64,000 nt of DNA, from contig OZ004607.1 in the NCBI GenBank assembly GCA_963924565.1, forward strand, positions 15,500,001-15,564,000. The letters run 5' to 3'. The translations under genes and the position numbers were made by a program. Positions 63,566 to 64,000 of this stretch are shown piece after piece. A model generated the notes under the pieces. The model did no database searches and was not told the origin of the DNA. It was given only the letters and a program-made list of their open reading frames with translations. The DNA comes from Ascidiella aspersa. Lineage: Eukaryota. Every line of letters begins with the position of its first letter. The stretch's first letter is position 1.

Positions 63566-64000
63566 GCTAAAACATACTGCTAAGTCAATTGAGATTCGTC
63601 CGCACTGATTTACTGCCAGGACATCTTAACAACACACAACAAAAACGAACTACTTTACGCACTTGGTTTATTAGTTTTTGTTTTAAACACGTGATGCTTT
63701 TTTGAATTGAAATTCTCTTTTTTTCAATTATCTTTACCAAACTCGCAGCATGTCCGGGCGACATACGGCCCGCGCGCGGCCAGATCCAGCCCGTCAGTAA
63801 AAATCATCTGGCCCGCGACCTCTTTTTCAAACTGGACACAAGGTCATGTCTCATATGTTTTAACTATTTTGACCTTTCCAAAAGATTTTCGCGCTTTGCG
63901 CAAATCTTGTTTCCCTTTAAAGTACATTTTTTCTTTTTATCGAGTTTTCTCATACCAAAGGGCGGGACACATGAAAACTATAAGTGGAAACTATTTGTAG

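Overview
AT-rich animal genomic DNA with short GT-AG introns and very dense small DNA transposons. This looks like an invertebrate chordate such as an ascidian, but that is inference. There are two divergently transcribed multi-exon genes. (1) Minus strand, 30126 to beyond position 1: a giant polycystin-1-family gene, most like PKD1L1. I spliced about 72 exons by hand into one open frame of more than 4,600 aa: signal peptide, WSC domain, about 1,500 aa of PKD/Ig-like repeats, REJ with a long insertion, GAIN/GPS with an intact HLS triad, TM1, PLAT, further TMs, a 2.17-kb exon holding the polycystin channel region, and a cytoplasmic tail of more than 500 aa still open at the window edge. (2) Plus strand, 48191-59884: a complete 11-exon Shc adaptor gene (PTB-CH1-SH2, about 511 aa). 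The 18-kb region between the genes and the larger introns hold non-autonomous hAT-type elements with 8-bp TSDs (some nested three deep), a five-copy GG..CC element family with a telomere-like core, an 830-bp fold-back element and a decayed Chapaev3-type transposon. A 483-bp near-perfect inverted duplication may mark a staggered-break inversion. I found no rRNA, tRNA or CRISPR array. I do not see a clearly new multi-gene system; the best candidates for novelty are the polycystin architecture, the inversion signature and the intronic hairpins. All identities, counts and family comparisons were made by eye or from memory, not from database searches.
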